From Octopus vulgaris (lineage: Eukaryota): DNA of 64,000 bases. This document shows positions 52,238 to 64,000 of the stretch, in pieces. Under the pieces are notes generated by a model, which saw nothing but the letters and a program-made list of their open reading frames with translations, was not told the origin of the DNA and searched no databases. Numbering within the stretch: position 1 is the first letter of the stretch; every line of letters begins with the position of its first letter. A program made the position numbers and the translations under genes. The stretch covers positions 140,554,001 to 140,618,000 of the forward strand of contig OX597814.1 of NCBI GenBank assembly GCA_951406725.2, read 5' to 3'.

Positions 52238-52650
52238 TTTGTTGGAGCAATAGGCTGGCTAATAGCGGCAGGTACAGGAGGTGTTGAAATACAGGTTGAT
52301 GGAGTTGAGACTGAAGCACTTAATGGCAATGTTGGGGTGACAGCTGGAGCAACAGTCAGAGTAGTAGTGCAGCTGACAGCAGTAGCTGGTGTCAACAGAG
52401 GAGCTGCAACTGCAGAAGGTGTATCTTTGTTTACCGGTGATTGTGCTGGAAGCTGGCTTGAAATAGCTACTTCTGCAACAGTATTCAGTGAAGATACAAC
52501 AACTGCATTATTGGTATTGGTGGTACCAGGGGAAGATGTGGCAGTCACCATAGGAGCAGTGATCACAGATTCTTTAACCAATGGCTTAGCAGTACCCCGC
52601 ACTACATCTGACAATTTATTCTCAAATTTTTCTCCTGATGCTGCATTATT
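52238..52650 (-). CDS. LARP4: LARP4 exon (FENKLSDVVRG + Thr/Ala/Pro-rich)
   Basis: matches the LARP4 LENRMSDVVKG-type motif; accag / gttagt. Confidence 0.9.
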
Positions 52651-53989
52651 CTGGTAAAAGAAAAAGCATTTAATTTGATGAAACAAAACCATTTAAAATT
52701 AGAAAAATGTAGAATGTGAATTTCATAAATTCTATATATTATTTCAACTTTTCATCACTACACTTCTAGCTAATGATGTACAATTTCAACAAACTTTTAG
52801 GTGTGTTTAGGGTGGTTTTGTAAAAGAAATGTAATGGTTTTATTTATGAACCCTTTTGATACTAAGGTGGCTGTAACTGCCTGAGGATTTGAATGGCAAA
52901 TGATATGAAACTGGCTGTAATAACTTAGTCATATTTAAAAATGAGGGTTCCAGCACAAATCTTGTTAGTACATTAATGAAAACGTGGTTTCACTATGTGG
53001 GCAATTTTACATATCTTAATGGTGCAAATTTTGAGCAAAAGTGGAACAATTCTAACAATTCAGAGGGTACCTAAATGTAGTAAGAAATTAAGAACTGTTT
53101 CTGCTAGTTATTTTAAAGTAGATATCAGATCTAATCACAATCTTTGCAAGGGAACAAAACCATTACATTTCAAAACCTTTCCCCTTTGAATCAATTACTG
53201 CAGAAACGAATTGTTATGCAGAATGTAGACAAAGAGAGGACTTTGGAGGAAGTAAGAAATCCGAGCACTTTTAGGAGTATTGTATGCATTTGATAACCCC
53301 CACCCAACACAATTTACCTGCAGGATACATGACAGAGTTTGATTAATTTAGGTTGTGAATCATTATTATGTGTGTTTCTGTGTATGTATACATGTGAGTT
53401 GTATTTCCTAGTTTTCTTCAAAGACAAATCCCTGTATTTCATCTTGTATTATATCTTTATGGTACACCTGTCTTATGTGCTAAGTTTAACTGATAATTAA
53501 TCCAGTAATTTGTACAATTCTTCTCTATTAAAATTTTGCATATTCACTGAATATTAGCTAATAACTCATTTTCTATGCTGATGATTAGACAAAATTTTAA
53601 TAATTTTATGTTTTGTTGAATTTACCTTTGAGACAAAAATCATGAAACGGATTTAGATGTGAATATATTCCAAAAAATCACAATATATGTTGATAAATAT
53701 AAAAGAGTTGTTCTATTGCACCCATCTAAATTCAAGATAATTTTAGAATTTAATTGAAATATAGAGGGTCTATTTTGGTTAGAAATATAGTAACAAAATT
53801 ATTAATGTATACTGTACATGACTTAAATTTTATTTAACTATCATCATATAAAAGAGTGATTAGTCAATATTCAAAGTTTACTACACGTCATAATAATAAT
53901 TGGCTTATTGTATAGAATGCTCAGGTTACTCATAAGAAAAAGTTAAGAGGAAGCAGACATAAGTAAAGAAAGGTTGCAATGAAATTTTG

Positions 53990-55050
53990 GGGTACATGCA
54001 CAGAACACAAAATAAAAAGTGAACATGAACATTAAAATGGTCATACAGATGAAAGACTACATACATAAGTCAGGAGTGGTGTTGGCAAATTTTGAGGAAG
54101 TGTGGAATTTTTGAAGAATGCAGTATCCTGACAGCAAACAACTAATGTGGACAGTTTATCCCATGCTTCAATAAGTTGAGTGTGAAAAATGTCCCCAAAA
54201 GTCATGGGTGCTGTGCCACTCAAAAAAGGTGGCCAAAGTTGTTGGAAAGATAAAGAATAATCATGTGGGGTTGTAACATGTCAGCTGTTAGATGTTGAAA
54301 ATTTAGCACACCAAAAAGCAATATGTTTAAGACATGGTAAGTGACTGACATAAAATATCTTGTTACATGTCTCTTGATATCTTTGAAAAGATCAATATTC
54401 TTGACAAGGAGGTTCCAGACTGGGTATGGCAAAGCCATATATAGCTTTAAATAGTCAGTGACAAGTCTTACTGAGGGACAGCACTAAGACACCATTGACC
54501 TTTTTCATGTTTTACAAATGAAGTTCATCCAATGCAGATCATTGTTTCCTATAATGCCTAAGTCACATTCACCAGCAGACTTTCTGGCATAGTGGAGGGA
54601 GTGGGTAAACTCCAGTTTATAGCTCCCAAAATGTTTAGTGGTGCACTTGTCTACAGCCAGCTTGTGTTGCCAATCAAAAATTCCTTGCTGCATTGTGCCC
54701 AGATCAGATTACAAGAATGATCTATTGCATATGTAAGATCTATCCCTTTTATCTCAAGATATAGCTTCATGTAAACCGCATATTTAACACAGTAACATGC
54801 TTCAATATGGCATCTATTTCATTAATGTATGCAACAAGAGACTAAGAACATCTCCCTGTGGACGCCAGATGTCATCACATAAGGGTTCCTTATGTTGTGC
54901 TGATACCATAACTACCTCTTTCCAGGCTAGAAAGTAAGAGTTCTATAATAATTAACTTTCACCTCTTTGTAGAGAGCCTTGCCATATGGTGAAAGGGTAG
55001 GATGTCTTTCTGCCCACAAGAGACTGGTTGGCAATGATCATAGCATGATT
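53990..55050 (-). mobile_element. Degraded CR1/L2-type LINE (reverse transcriptase C-terminal part)
   Basis: broken frames with PQGDVL, VKYAV(D), WQHKLAVDKC, ECDLGIIGNNDLHW, PVWN, DIKRHVTR; boundaries approximate. Confidence 0.75.
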
Positions 55051-55325
55051 GGGGATACCTGAAGAGTCTCTCATATTGAAGTTGATAATATGCCTGATTT
55101 ATGATTTTAATTGCTGCATTCAAAACTAGAATCTCATATTGTTTTATATAATTTTAAAGAGAGCAGAATTTTAGTGAAATAAATTTCCAGATACTAGAAA
55201 TTTGAGAGGACAAAACCCAAAAGTCATGAAAATGCTCAATGCAATAACGAGTTGGTATTAAGTCAAGTAGGGTGATCATGAAAATGTACAGAGATGTAAT
55301 ATTAAGAGGCACAACCACATTTTAA

Positions 55326-57775
55326 CCCCATTAGTGTTCAAAATCGGATGTAACCGGCCAAAATTAATTCACCTTTATTTGTTCAAGCCGGCTGTATCCG
55401 GCTGCTCTACGAAATCGCTAAAAAATAAATCACACTATTGAATTCTCATAGCTTTGAGATAATGCAAGATGAAGCCTTTCCCAACTTTATTCAAGTACAA
55501 ATACTGTGAATAGACCACATGGTTTTTTTCAACGTTTGAAGAAGTGTGTACTTTAGTTGTTAAAGAAATGGCGTCAGCAAGTAGTGATTCCGACATTGAA
55601 GGTTTAACTCTTGACAACATAGAGTATTTTGTCTTCAGATGAATATGATATCAATATTAGTGATTATTCGATGGACGAGGAAGATTTCGAGAATGAAAGT
55701 GGTGAAAATGATATCGCAAACATGTCAACATGATCAAAGATTACAACAGCAATCACTCTTACTGATTTCACAGAAAACACTGGTCCACAACACAGTTTAC
55801 CTCCTGATGCTCAACCATTGGACTATTTTTATTTTTACCAGAAAGCTTTTTTGAAAATGGTTGTATACTGTCAATCTAACACGAACATGACAGTAGGTGG
55901 GTACACCACCGCTGTTTAGCCCTAGGAAGCCTCGACGCCTCCTGATGGCTTTGACACAATTTTCCTGTGTCCTTATATACATTTACAAAGGGGAGGCAAA
56001 TACCCCCATCCGCCCGGGCTGCATCTAGGGACACGTGTTTCAGGATGATTGTACCCCCCTACTGTCACGTTCATGTTAGATTGACAGTATACAACCATTC
56101 TATCGCCCCACCACCGTACATGTCTCCACGAGAGATTTAGAAATTTAGTATTTTTTTGAAAATGTTGCGGAGAAAACAAACAAATATGCACGTTTAATTT
56201 CTATTCGTGGAAGAAACGATCCACTATGGCAGCCAGCTTACACTGCAGAAATGGGAGCATTTTTCACAATATTATGTTTGGTGTTAAACAGCCTCCTCAA
56301 CTGTGGAACTACTGGAGTCCTGATATAAGGTATGGCGATCCATATATCTCAAGTATGTCGAAGACAAGTTATTCAAAAATATCTCAGTATTTGCATTTAA
56401 CTGATTCTGTTAATGCCCCCAATCAAAAATGACCCAAACCACTCTCCTGTACGAAGTACAGTACTGCTATGGGAAACCATAATGGTTTACCCCCATGAAA
56501 TGAAAACAAAATTTTTAAAAAAAGATGGGGCATTTTACAAATGCAAAAAAAAAAATATATATATATATATATATTTTCGTTACTGCTTTCAAAGACAAAA
56601 GACAAATTTTATTTCTATCTTCTAATGAACAACCTGGTGTTGGCACTGAGGGGAAACTCCTAGTGAATATTTGTTACAACAAATATATGGATCAGGTTGA
56701 TGAATCCAACCAATATCAGGCATATTAACCCAGTTGGTCAACCTGGGAAGAAATGGTGGAGGTACATTTTGTAGTTTTTAGTCAATTTACTATAGTAAAT
56801 TCATATATTGTATATGTAAAAAGCCACAAGATACCTCTGCCACTAAAGGACTACGACCACTTGAAATTTTGGGTTGACGTCACATCTCAGTTATGAGAGC
56901 TTTTCTTCTAGAAAGCACAGAACTGGGAGAACAGCAAAATTAACTTTGGTGGATGTCAGAGAAAATATTGACTTTTTCACAAAGTCAAAAAGATAAATGG
57001 AAGGAAAAAAGTTTGCAAACTGTGTTTGCTGCAAAAAGGTATCAGATTGAGACTTCATATATGTGTTCCTTTTGCCAAGTGCCCTTATGTAAAGGGTGCT
57101 TTGGACAGTGTCATGTCAGAAATGTCATAATTTGGTATATTCCTTTTCATTTTATTATAAATAATATGTGAAAGTGAGAAATACATATTGATTTTCAGTA
57201 TGTTACACACTTGTATTTGTCTCACCTGTTAATGAGATTTTATTAGATGCATTCTGTTATGTAAATGAATTCATTAAATTGTATAAGAGTGCATAGCCAA
57301 TAGCATATTGACTAGTAAAAGAATTTTGTACTTCATGTTCTATGAAAATGTTTGAAGAAAATATAGAAAAAGAATAAAATCTTGTACTGATTACACCTGT
57401 ATTTTAATTCAAATTAATGTACCTCATCTTGAAAAATGTAAAATTGTTGGCAGTCGACATCTGGGATAATTTTAGTAACAAATCAAATAGGTAAGATGTA
57501 TTAATATGAATTTTAATGTTTATTCATAATGTTATTGTTTTTACACCTGTTAAATTTACCTGCCCATAAAAGTCAAATTTAGCCAGAAAGATCAGCTAAA
57601 ATTATGTAACTAAAACCACTGGCAAATAAGCACCCATTTACAAAATTTCAAATCTGTATGTAGAAAATTAACAGAGTTATAAGAAATTATTGTGGACACC
57701 CCACTTGAACCTGAACAAATCAAAATTAATGTGAACAGATAAGCATTACATTTGACAAATCTGAACAATAATGGG
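55326..57775 (+). mobile_element. piggyBac DNA transposon relic (PGBD4-like), internally deleted and disrupted
   Basis: TTAA flanks at 55322-55325 and 57776-57779; TIR cccattagtgttca / tgaacaataatggg; broken transposase pieces: acidic N-terminus, PLDYF, KTNKYA, NYWS, ISQYLHL, YNKYMDQVD, KKWWRYI, C-terminal CSFCQVPLCKGCFGQCH. Confidence 0.9.
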
Positions 57776-57809
57776 TTAAATGGTCAAAACTGTGTAGCTG
57801 TTGACTTAC

Positions 57810-57905
57810 TTGTGATCCTGGTAATGGCGGGAACGAATTAGACTCAAATTCAAATAATGGCTCGGTAAATTTGTTATTGGTAGATAATTGAGATGAGGTC
57901 TGGCG
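57810..57905 (-). CDS. LARP4: LARP4 exon with FPPLPG motif
   Basis: EPLFEFESNSFPPLPGSQ; tttag / gtaagt. Confidence 0.93.
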
Positions 57906-58015
57906 CTAAAAAACAAAAAGGAAAAAAAAATTTTTTTTTTTAAAATTTAAAATACTAATGATTTATATTAAAATATTTTATTACGAAACACAAAAGTAAT
58001 ACAAAATACACTCAC

Positions 58016-58067
58016 AGATAATTTAGAATTATCGTCCTCTCTTTTTCTCCGGTTTTTATAAATTTTC
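58016..58067 (-). CDS. LARP4: LARP4 exon (KIYKNRRKREDDNSKLS)
   Basis: RRKREDD motif as in LARP4; ttacag / gtgagt. Confidence 0.9.
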
Positions 58068-58344
58068 CTGTAAATGTACAAAAGGGGGTATGAATTAATG
58101 ATATAAAATATAGGGGATTTTGGAACAATGACTCACACAAGGTCATAAGTTCTAATGCCAAACTACAAATAATATCCCACATTTTCTTGGTATTAAGTTT
58201 AGAAGATATGACAATAGCAAAAGCAAAAAATGATAATACGGAGTGCTGTTTCCCTATAGGGTTCAGTCTATTATGTCAATTTAGGAAACCAAATAACCAA
58301 AGTATATAACATAATGAGGGAAACAATAATCTCTGGTGCCATAC

Positions 58345-58680
58345 CTCTGTGGTTGTGGGGCTGTAGAATCTTTACTAGAATCTGATAAGTGGCTGATAGG
58401 CATTGAAGAACTGGAGTCTACATTGGTAGATGAGTGAGTAGTAGTAGTAGTAGTTGTAGCACTACCCCCGGTTGTGCTAGAATGATGATGGTGGGTTGCA
58501 TGACTGTGATGACAATTGTCAACACCTTTCCGGTTGGGAAACAAAGGTGGTGTCACATGGGTATTTTCTGTACTCCTTGGACTGGACCGATGAGCATTTG
58601 GATTCTGGTGACGATCATGAGGTAACCGACTATCGCTACTGGCTCTCTCTTGATTAAGACGATTTGGCTTTGCAGTACGA
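58345..58680 (-). CDS. LARP4: LARP4 exon, His/Thr/Ser low-complexity
   Basis: cttag / gtatgg; 336 nt open, includes most of ORF 58281-58556. Confidence 0.85.
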
Positions 58681-59029
58681 CTAAGGGAGGAGGAAAAAAT
58701 TTAACCTGATAAATGCCGTGATTGATAATTTCATTTTAAATTTGTCTCTGCCTATATATATTTGTCTTTGTGTAAGAATAAGGTTGGGAAAAAAAAGCGC
58801 TACATTAGTGGAACATCAGTGAATTTAAGTGTACTCACTGAGAAGAATTATTGAAAACTAAGTATCCACTTTTCTAAAAAATCTTTTAAAGTATTTAATA
58901 TTGCAATTCTGGGAGTTAACTATTAATTCATGTTAGTTTTGACTGTATTAAAGAAAGAAGCTATTTCATCAATGTATTGTATCAAGTTCGTATGTACGTG
59001 TGTATGTGAGAAACAAATGTAAAGTAACT

Positions 59030-59200
59030 GGATTTATTCAGATTTGAAATAACCATGCATCTCAGATTTGGGACTTTGCTGATATTGACTATTTTTAGAA
59101 TGACACTGTAGAGTTGGTGTGAAAGGCCAGATATGGCCATTATCAACATAAAACAAGCAGAATATTTGGGCCAGATATGGTCAGTTTGAATGCTAATTGG
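59030..59200 (-). mobile_element. piggyBac MITE, partial
   Basis: body similar to 18691; ends gaatgctaattgg-ttaa. Confidence 0.7.
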
Positions 59201-60311
59201 TTAAATTAGTCTAGAAAGTGCTAATAATAATCTGGATGATTTAGACTGTCATAACTCTTTAAAAATGAAGATGTTAATTTAGTCCTAGATTACAATGGAT
59301 TATTGTGGCTTGAAAGGTCTTGCTTAGGGGCTTAAACAAAAGAGGGAAAGTTAGAAATGCTGAAAGGACAAAAAATACAGAAACTATATTCTGACTGTGT
59401 GTGTGGATTTTCAACTTGTAGCCATACGGTCAATTCAATAATCTACTGTGGCTCCATGATAACACTATATTTAAACCTAACTATGACCGCAAGGTGGGTG
59501 TCTAGTTATCTCTCCACAACCATATATAGCAGTTTTGACACTAATATATAGTGTCACAGTAGATGATGTGTTTCAATCTTATCAATGGTTTCTAAAGAAA
59601 ATAGTCCATAAACCTTAAAGAGTAAACTTGTTGAGATTATAAACACTTGTCTAGTCAGCACTATAGAAATTGAGTTCAATAATGTAGCACATATCTAGAC
59701 ATTGTCCATAAATCAATACACTTCTGCACTGGATATCATTTTCATACCAAGTTCTGGCTACACAAGAGTTTAATCATTTATACAGAAAATTTAATATCTT
59801 GGTAATTGCAACAGAACCATCACTGAAATATGGGAATAGATTACATTAACTGCACAATGTATATTTTAATAGTTAATCCCTTCTCCAGTTTTACTCTGAA
59901 AACGTATAACATTTATGTGGATAAATGACAAACATTACTATTGTTATGCCTAAATGTTAACATTAAGTAGGGTCAGGATTGACAACCGCTCTACAAGTTA
60001 TAGAAGTTAAATCTGTCACACTCATCAAATAAAGCACAATCTACTTGCTTGTAGCCCTCCATGTTAGGCCAATCTCAGATAAAATACAATCCTCTTCTCA
60101 AGTGGGTTAAAATTTTAAAATTTACATGCAGTGGAAATAGAAATAAACTGCTAATAAAGCTCTACAGGCAAAATTGAAACTAGATGCAATTATCATTATT
60201 ACTTAAGAGTGAATCTGCATTTTGTGCTGCTAAAATGCCATTTAAGAACTAAAGATAGCAGACAGATTTGTGCTTTATGAACTATAATTTTCGTGAGTAG
60301 ATAATACTTAC

Positions 60312-60394
60312 CCAACACGCATATTTGGAAATTGATGTCTACCAGGAGTGTTTAGTTTGACACCTGTTGCTTGGTATCCATTCATTGCAAATAC
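60312..60394 (-). CDS. LARP4: LARP4 exon (VFAMNGYQATG...NMRVG)
   Basis: ttaag acceptor / gtaagt, phase 0-2 fits neighbours. Confidence 0.8.
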
Positions 60395-60534
60395 CTTAAG
60401 AAATGAAAATTCCAAAATAAATTCCAGAAATATAGATAAAATTTAAGTAATCAATGAATAAAGATAAAATACAACACTTAGCAGTAGAAATATATTTGAA
60501 GTCATAGAGATAAAAATTTTAAAAAGATTTTTAC

Positions 60535-60597
60535 CATGCTAGGATCCATTATGGTGTGACCAGCTGGTGGCCAAGAAGGCATGACAGGATAATATAA
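60535..60597 (-). CDS. LARP4: LARP4 exon (LYYPVMPSWPPAGHTIMDPSM)
   Basis: polypyrimidine tract + tatag / gtaaaa, 63 nt, phase 0-0. Confidence 0.8.
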
Positions 60598-62121
60598 CTA
60601 TAAAAGGAAAGAAGAAAAAAAACCATTAAGCAAGAAACATAATCATGAAGAATTCTCCCCACTTGCTTCAACAGTAAAGCTTTCTGTAACTCTTTGACTT
60701 ACTTCCCTTTGAAACCACCACTTCCCCAGCTCCAGCACTACAAACATAACCTGTTCTGCTAGTTGAAACACTTGCAAGATTATAATGGATTACTCTCAAA
60801 TATACATGGATAATCCCCTGGATTTAAAATTTCACTGAAGAATTTTCCTTGTCATTAAGAATTTTGACTTTTTCTCTCTCTTTTTGGTATTTATATAGAG
60901 CAATATTTCTCAACAATTTTTATGCCATGCAGTACTTCAATAGGAGATGAATGAGTGTGTGCATGTGTAGTAGATATATTGTGAAGAAAAGTTTTGTTTA
61001 AAACTAAGTTTTATTCACTCATTACTTTGGTTCCATTCTAAAGTAACTCATACTACACCAAAATATTACCTTACTTCACCTTCAGAAACACTGATCTAGA
61101 ATTAGTTACAATTTTTCCAAGTCATTTCATATTACAAAAAAAAAAACATGTATAGGAACTACCCTGTTATTTAAGAATCAGTCTAAAGCTATGTCATTCT
61201 GAGTACAATCTCAGTATCCAACACATTGGGCAGGTTTCTCTCACCACAACCTTAGGCTGACCAATACCCTGTAGGTGGAATTTGGCAGAGAAACTAAGGA
61301 AGCCTCTCATATATGAATATATAAATATGCATGCAGATTTGTATTGCTAGTGGATAGAAATATTAAGAAAACTGGAGCATCAAGTTAGACATTCCTTGCT
61401 ATTAAAAATGCAGTGGAAGTAGTGATTAGCATGTTGGAAATCTATAACCAACAGCACTGCTGTCACAAATTCAGATTTTTAAAAAAACCTGAATAGAAGA
61501 GGAGATAAAATTATTTTTACAGCAATTTAAGCAGCATATACTACAGAATTAAAACACTGGGAAGTTTTGCCACAAATGTCATACCTGCCCCAAAAGAATC
61601 CTTTCCTTTCACAAATGGATTGTGAACTAGATTGAATTCATGAATCTCAAAAAGCTTCTGTGAGAGGTGCATCTCCTTCAAGACACACACATACTCAAAA
61701 ACTACTACAATATTGATATGTAAGAAAACCAAGCTATACACACTGAAATATTTAGCAGTTTTTAGTGTCATGTTTTTTTTTTGTTTTTTTTTTGTGCATA
61801 AAAAAATTTTGCTTATCTATACAAGTTTCATTTCTGAGAATCAATGACAACATAATCACTACCCAGATGTTTAAAATAAATTTGGTTTATAGTCTTTACT
61901 CAGCAATATAAAGGAAACATCAAATCATATTTTGCATTATGTGCTGAATGACACAAACATATTAATAAATAATGATAATGTAAAACTGATGGTTCTGCAG
62001 CATAGTTTCAAAACCCGTCAATATAATGCAATCCATTATACTTCATTTTAAATGCTTTCAAAACTTACAAAGTAGACTTTAAAATCAAAATACATTTTTT
62101 TCAGAACTGTGACATACTTAC

Positions 62122-62256
62122 TTGCTGAAAATTTATATTTGGTACATATGCAGCATATCTTTGTGTTGAATTGTAAGCTTGCTGTTCAAACTGCGGTTTT
62201 AACCCATTTCTCGGTACATATGTTGACCGTATTAAGGGTTTAGCTTTTATTCGAGC
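62122..62256 (-). CDS. LARP4: LARP4 exon (ARIKAKPLIRS...)
   Basis: ARIKA completes the RRM; aacag / gtaagt. Confidence 0.93.
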
Positions 62257-62933
62257 CTGTTTGTGAATACAAAATTCAACAGTTTAATATGATGATATGC
62301 AAAATACAAGTGCGTAACTCTTTTTAATATTTTTCCTACACAAATATATATATCAAGAATAATGGCTGAGGCAGGGATGGTTTGACACTGCTTATGTGAA
62401 TACAATGAGTTTGTACTATAGTAAGAAACCAATGTTTCTGGTCACTGCAAAAACACAAATTTGCAGGATTAAAAAAAATTCACCAAAACTATCCTGAAAT
62501 AATCAGTTTACAAAACCCCTTATCAGTTGCAGAATTGATATCAGAGAAATTCCTATTAGACTCACTCCATAAAGTGAAGTCATTGTACTGATCAAATAGG
62601 TCAAAAGATTGTTTTTATCTAAATGACCTAATTAGTATTGGGGGTTGCTGTAGTGGAGATATATCTAAAATAAAAAAATGGAGGGGTTCCAGATTTAATA
62701 CCTCTGCTGATGAAGAAAGTTACTTTAAACGAAAGGCAAGGACAGAAATTAACATTGCAGCAGCAGCAATAGTAGTAGTAGTAGAAAACGATGTGAATGA
62801 AGGTAAGTAGTGTAATCTGATTTGGTTCAATTTAAGGAGATAGGGAGAAGTTGCTTTTATAAACTGATCAATCTTTCAGTATGAAGCAGTTACCAGCAAA
62901 TTCTGATAAGTAAATTTGTGTCTAAACACTTAC

Positions 62934-63098
62934 CATTATTGGTTTTCCAAGAAAAGACTTTACTTCTTCACGTAGATACTGGTAGGCTCTTTGAGCATCT
63001 TCATCAGAGTCAAAAGTCACATACCAATTATCATTGTGCGCAAATTCACAGCTAACGAATTTGGGGCAATTGCTACCGGAAAATAGAGTTTCAACATC
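62934..63098 (-). CDS. LARP4: LARP4 exon, RRM
   Basis: [55 protein letters not shown]; tatag / gtaagt. Confidence 0.97.
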
Positions 63099-63349
63099 CT
63101 ATAGGAGGAGAGAGACAAGAAGTTATAAAAAGATAAGCAGGCACATTACGACAAGTAATATATATTCTAAACAACAGTAGCATTAAGTTCATATCTTCAA
63201 ACCAAGCAAAAAGTGAATTTTTACTATCTTCAGAGTAAAATAAAAATATTTTTGAAACATATTTTCATTCAGAAACTAGTTTGGTTATTCTTTTCAGTTT
63301 AATAGCCTGAATTGATAGAGCATGCATTGAATTTTTAAGAGAACCTTAC

Positions 63350-63453
63350 TTGAACGGGAGTAGATGCTGGAATTTCACGTAGTATCACAATACATCTGTT
63401 GTGATTAGGCCGCACCTTTTCACCTTTATCATCAACTTGTACATTCTGACACT
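63350..63453 (-). CDS. LARP4: LARP4 exon, La motif end / RRM start
   Basis: [35 protein letters not shown]; catag / gtaagg. Confidence 0.96.
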
Positions 63454-63675
63454 CTATGAAGTAACATACAAAAATCACAGTATAAATACAGTGTATATAG
63501 GTAGTAAATTTAACATTAAATGGGAATATAAAATGTTAACAATTTACAATAACAAGTTTTTTTGATTGATATATTTCAAATAGTGTTTTTCTTACTAATT
63601 CAGCCAAGAAAAATTTAATATAAATTAAAGGAATTCACAGCAATTGAAACAGAAATGAATTTTTCAGCAACTCAC

Positions 63676-63812
63676 CTCGAAGAACATCCACAACCAGGTC
63701 GTGATTATTTGTCAATCGCTGAACCTGACTGAAATTTGCAACAGCCGATATAGCCACATACTGGTCAGCATCCATTTGTGACATTAAATATGTATCAGAT
63801 GTCAAGTTTTCT
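63676..63812 (-). CDS. LARP4: LARP4 exon, La motif
   Basis: [45 protein letters not shown]; ttacag / gtgagt. Confidence 0.96.
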
Positions 63813-63863
63813 CTGTAAAATGAAATTTAAGATCAATTTTGATTAAATTCATAAGCTTATATA

Positions 63864-63944
63864 CAGTAATTCCTCTACTATTGTGGGTGTTAATTCCAAC
63901 CCAACCCCTGTCATAGGTGAAAATCTGCTGACAGGGAAGTACTG
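63864..63944. mobile_element. Tigger-like MITE
   Basis: TA-cagtaattcc ... ggaagtactg-TA. Confidence 0.6.
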
Positions 63945-64000
63945 TAGTGTATTTTGTCTTCTTATTTCTATAATTTGTATATATTCATTTTATAAATGCA

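Larger units (their letters stand above)
50929..63812 (-). other. LARP4: LARP4-family (La-related protein 4/4B) gene span, 5'-incomplete, 12 coding exons
   Basis: Hand-spliced frame of 2446 nt (1 nt + 815 codons including stop): La motif [33 protein letters not shown]...[13 protein letters not shown]...[44 protein letters not shown]. Confidence 0.96.

Noticed and set aside
52091-52657. Plus-strand 188-aa ORF
   Set aside because: Antisense shadow of LARP4 low-complexity exons
62703-62746. CTGATGA...GAAA string in a LARP4 intron (plus strand)
   Set aside because: No stem III or cleavage triplet; probably chance
1-64000. CRISPR arrays, rRNA, operon-like prokaryotic systems or horizontally acquired DNA
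   Set aside because: None seen; the sequence is consistent throughout with intron-rich animal DNA

Overview
Eukaryotic, AT-rich, repeat-dense genomic DNA. The SINE families look like those of Octopus (coleoid cephalopod); this is an inference from recognised repeat sequences, not a database result. There are two convergent (tail-to-tail) multi-exon genes, each lacking its 5' end in the window. On +, a SUCO / SUN-domain ossification factor orthologue: 16 exons from 3603 to the stop at 30881, about 1290 codons, with SUN domain, Ser/Thr-rich stalk, coiled coil, TM helix and cytosolic tail. On -, a LARP4-family La-related protein: 12 exons from 63812 to the stop at 50929, about 814 codons, with La motif, RRM, FPPLPG and SYA motifs, and a probable ~7.6 kb 3'UTR ending near 43300. 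All exon phases join in frame by hand. Introns and the intergenic gap hold tRNA-derived SINEs, RTE and CR1-type LINE remnants, mariner and piggyBac relics with their MITEs, hAT and pogo MITEs, a Helitron, a Helentron-type element and several long foldbacks. I found no convincing wholly new system. The best leads are the SINE-free LARP4 3'UTR, a piggyBac relic sitting with its MITE family, several unexplained hairpins or foldbacks (possible ADAR substrates) and candidate NMD-coupled splice choices. Most ORFs in the supplied track are spurious.
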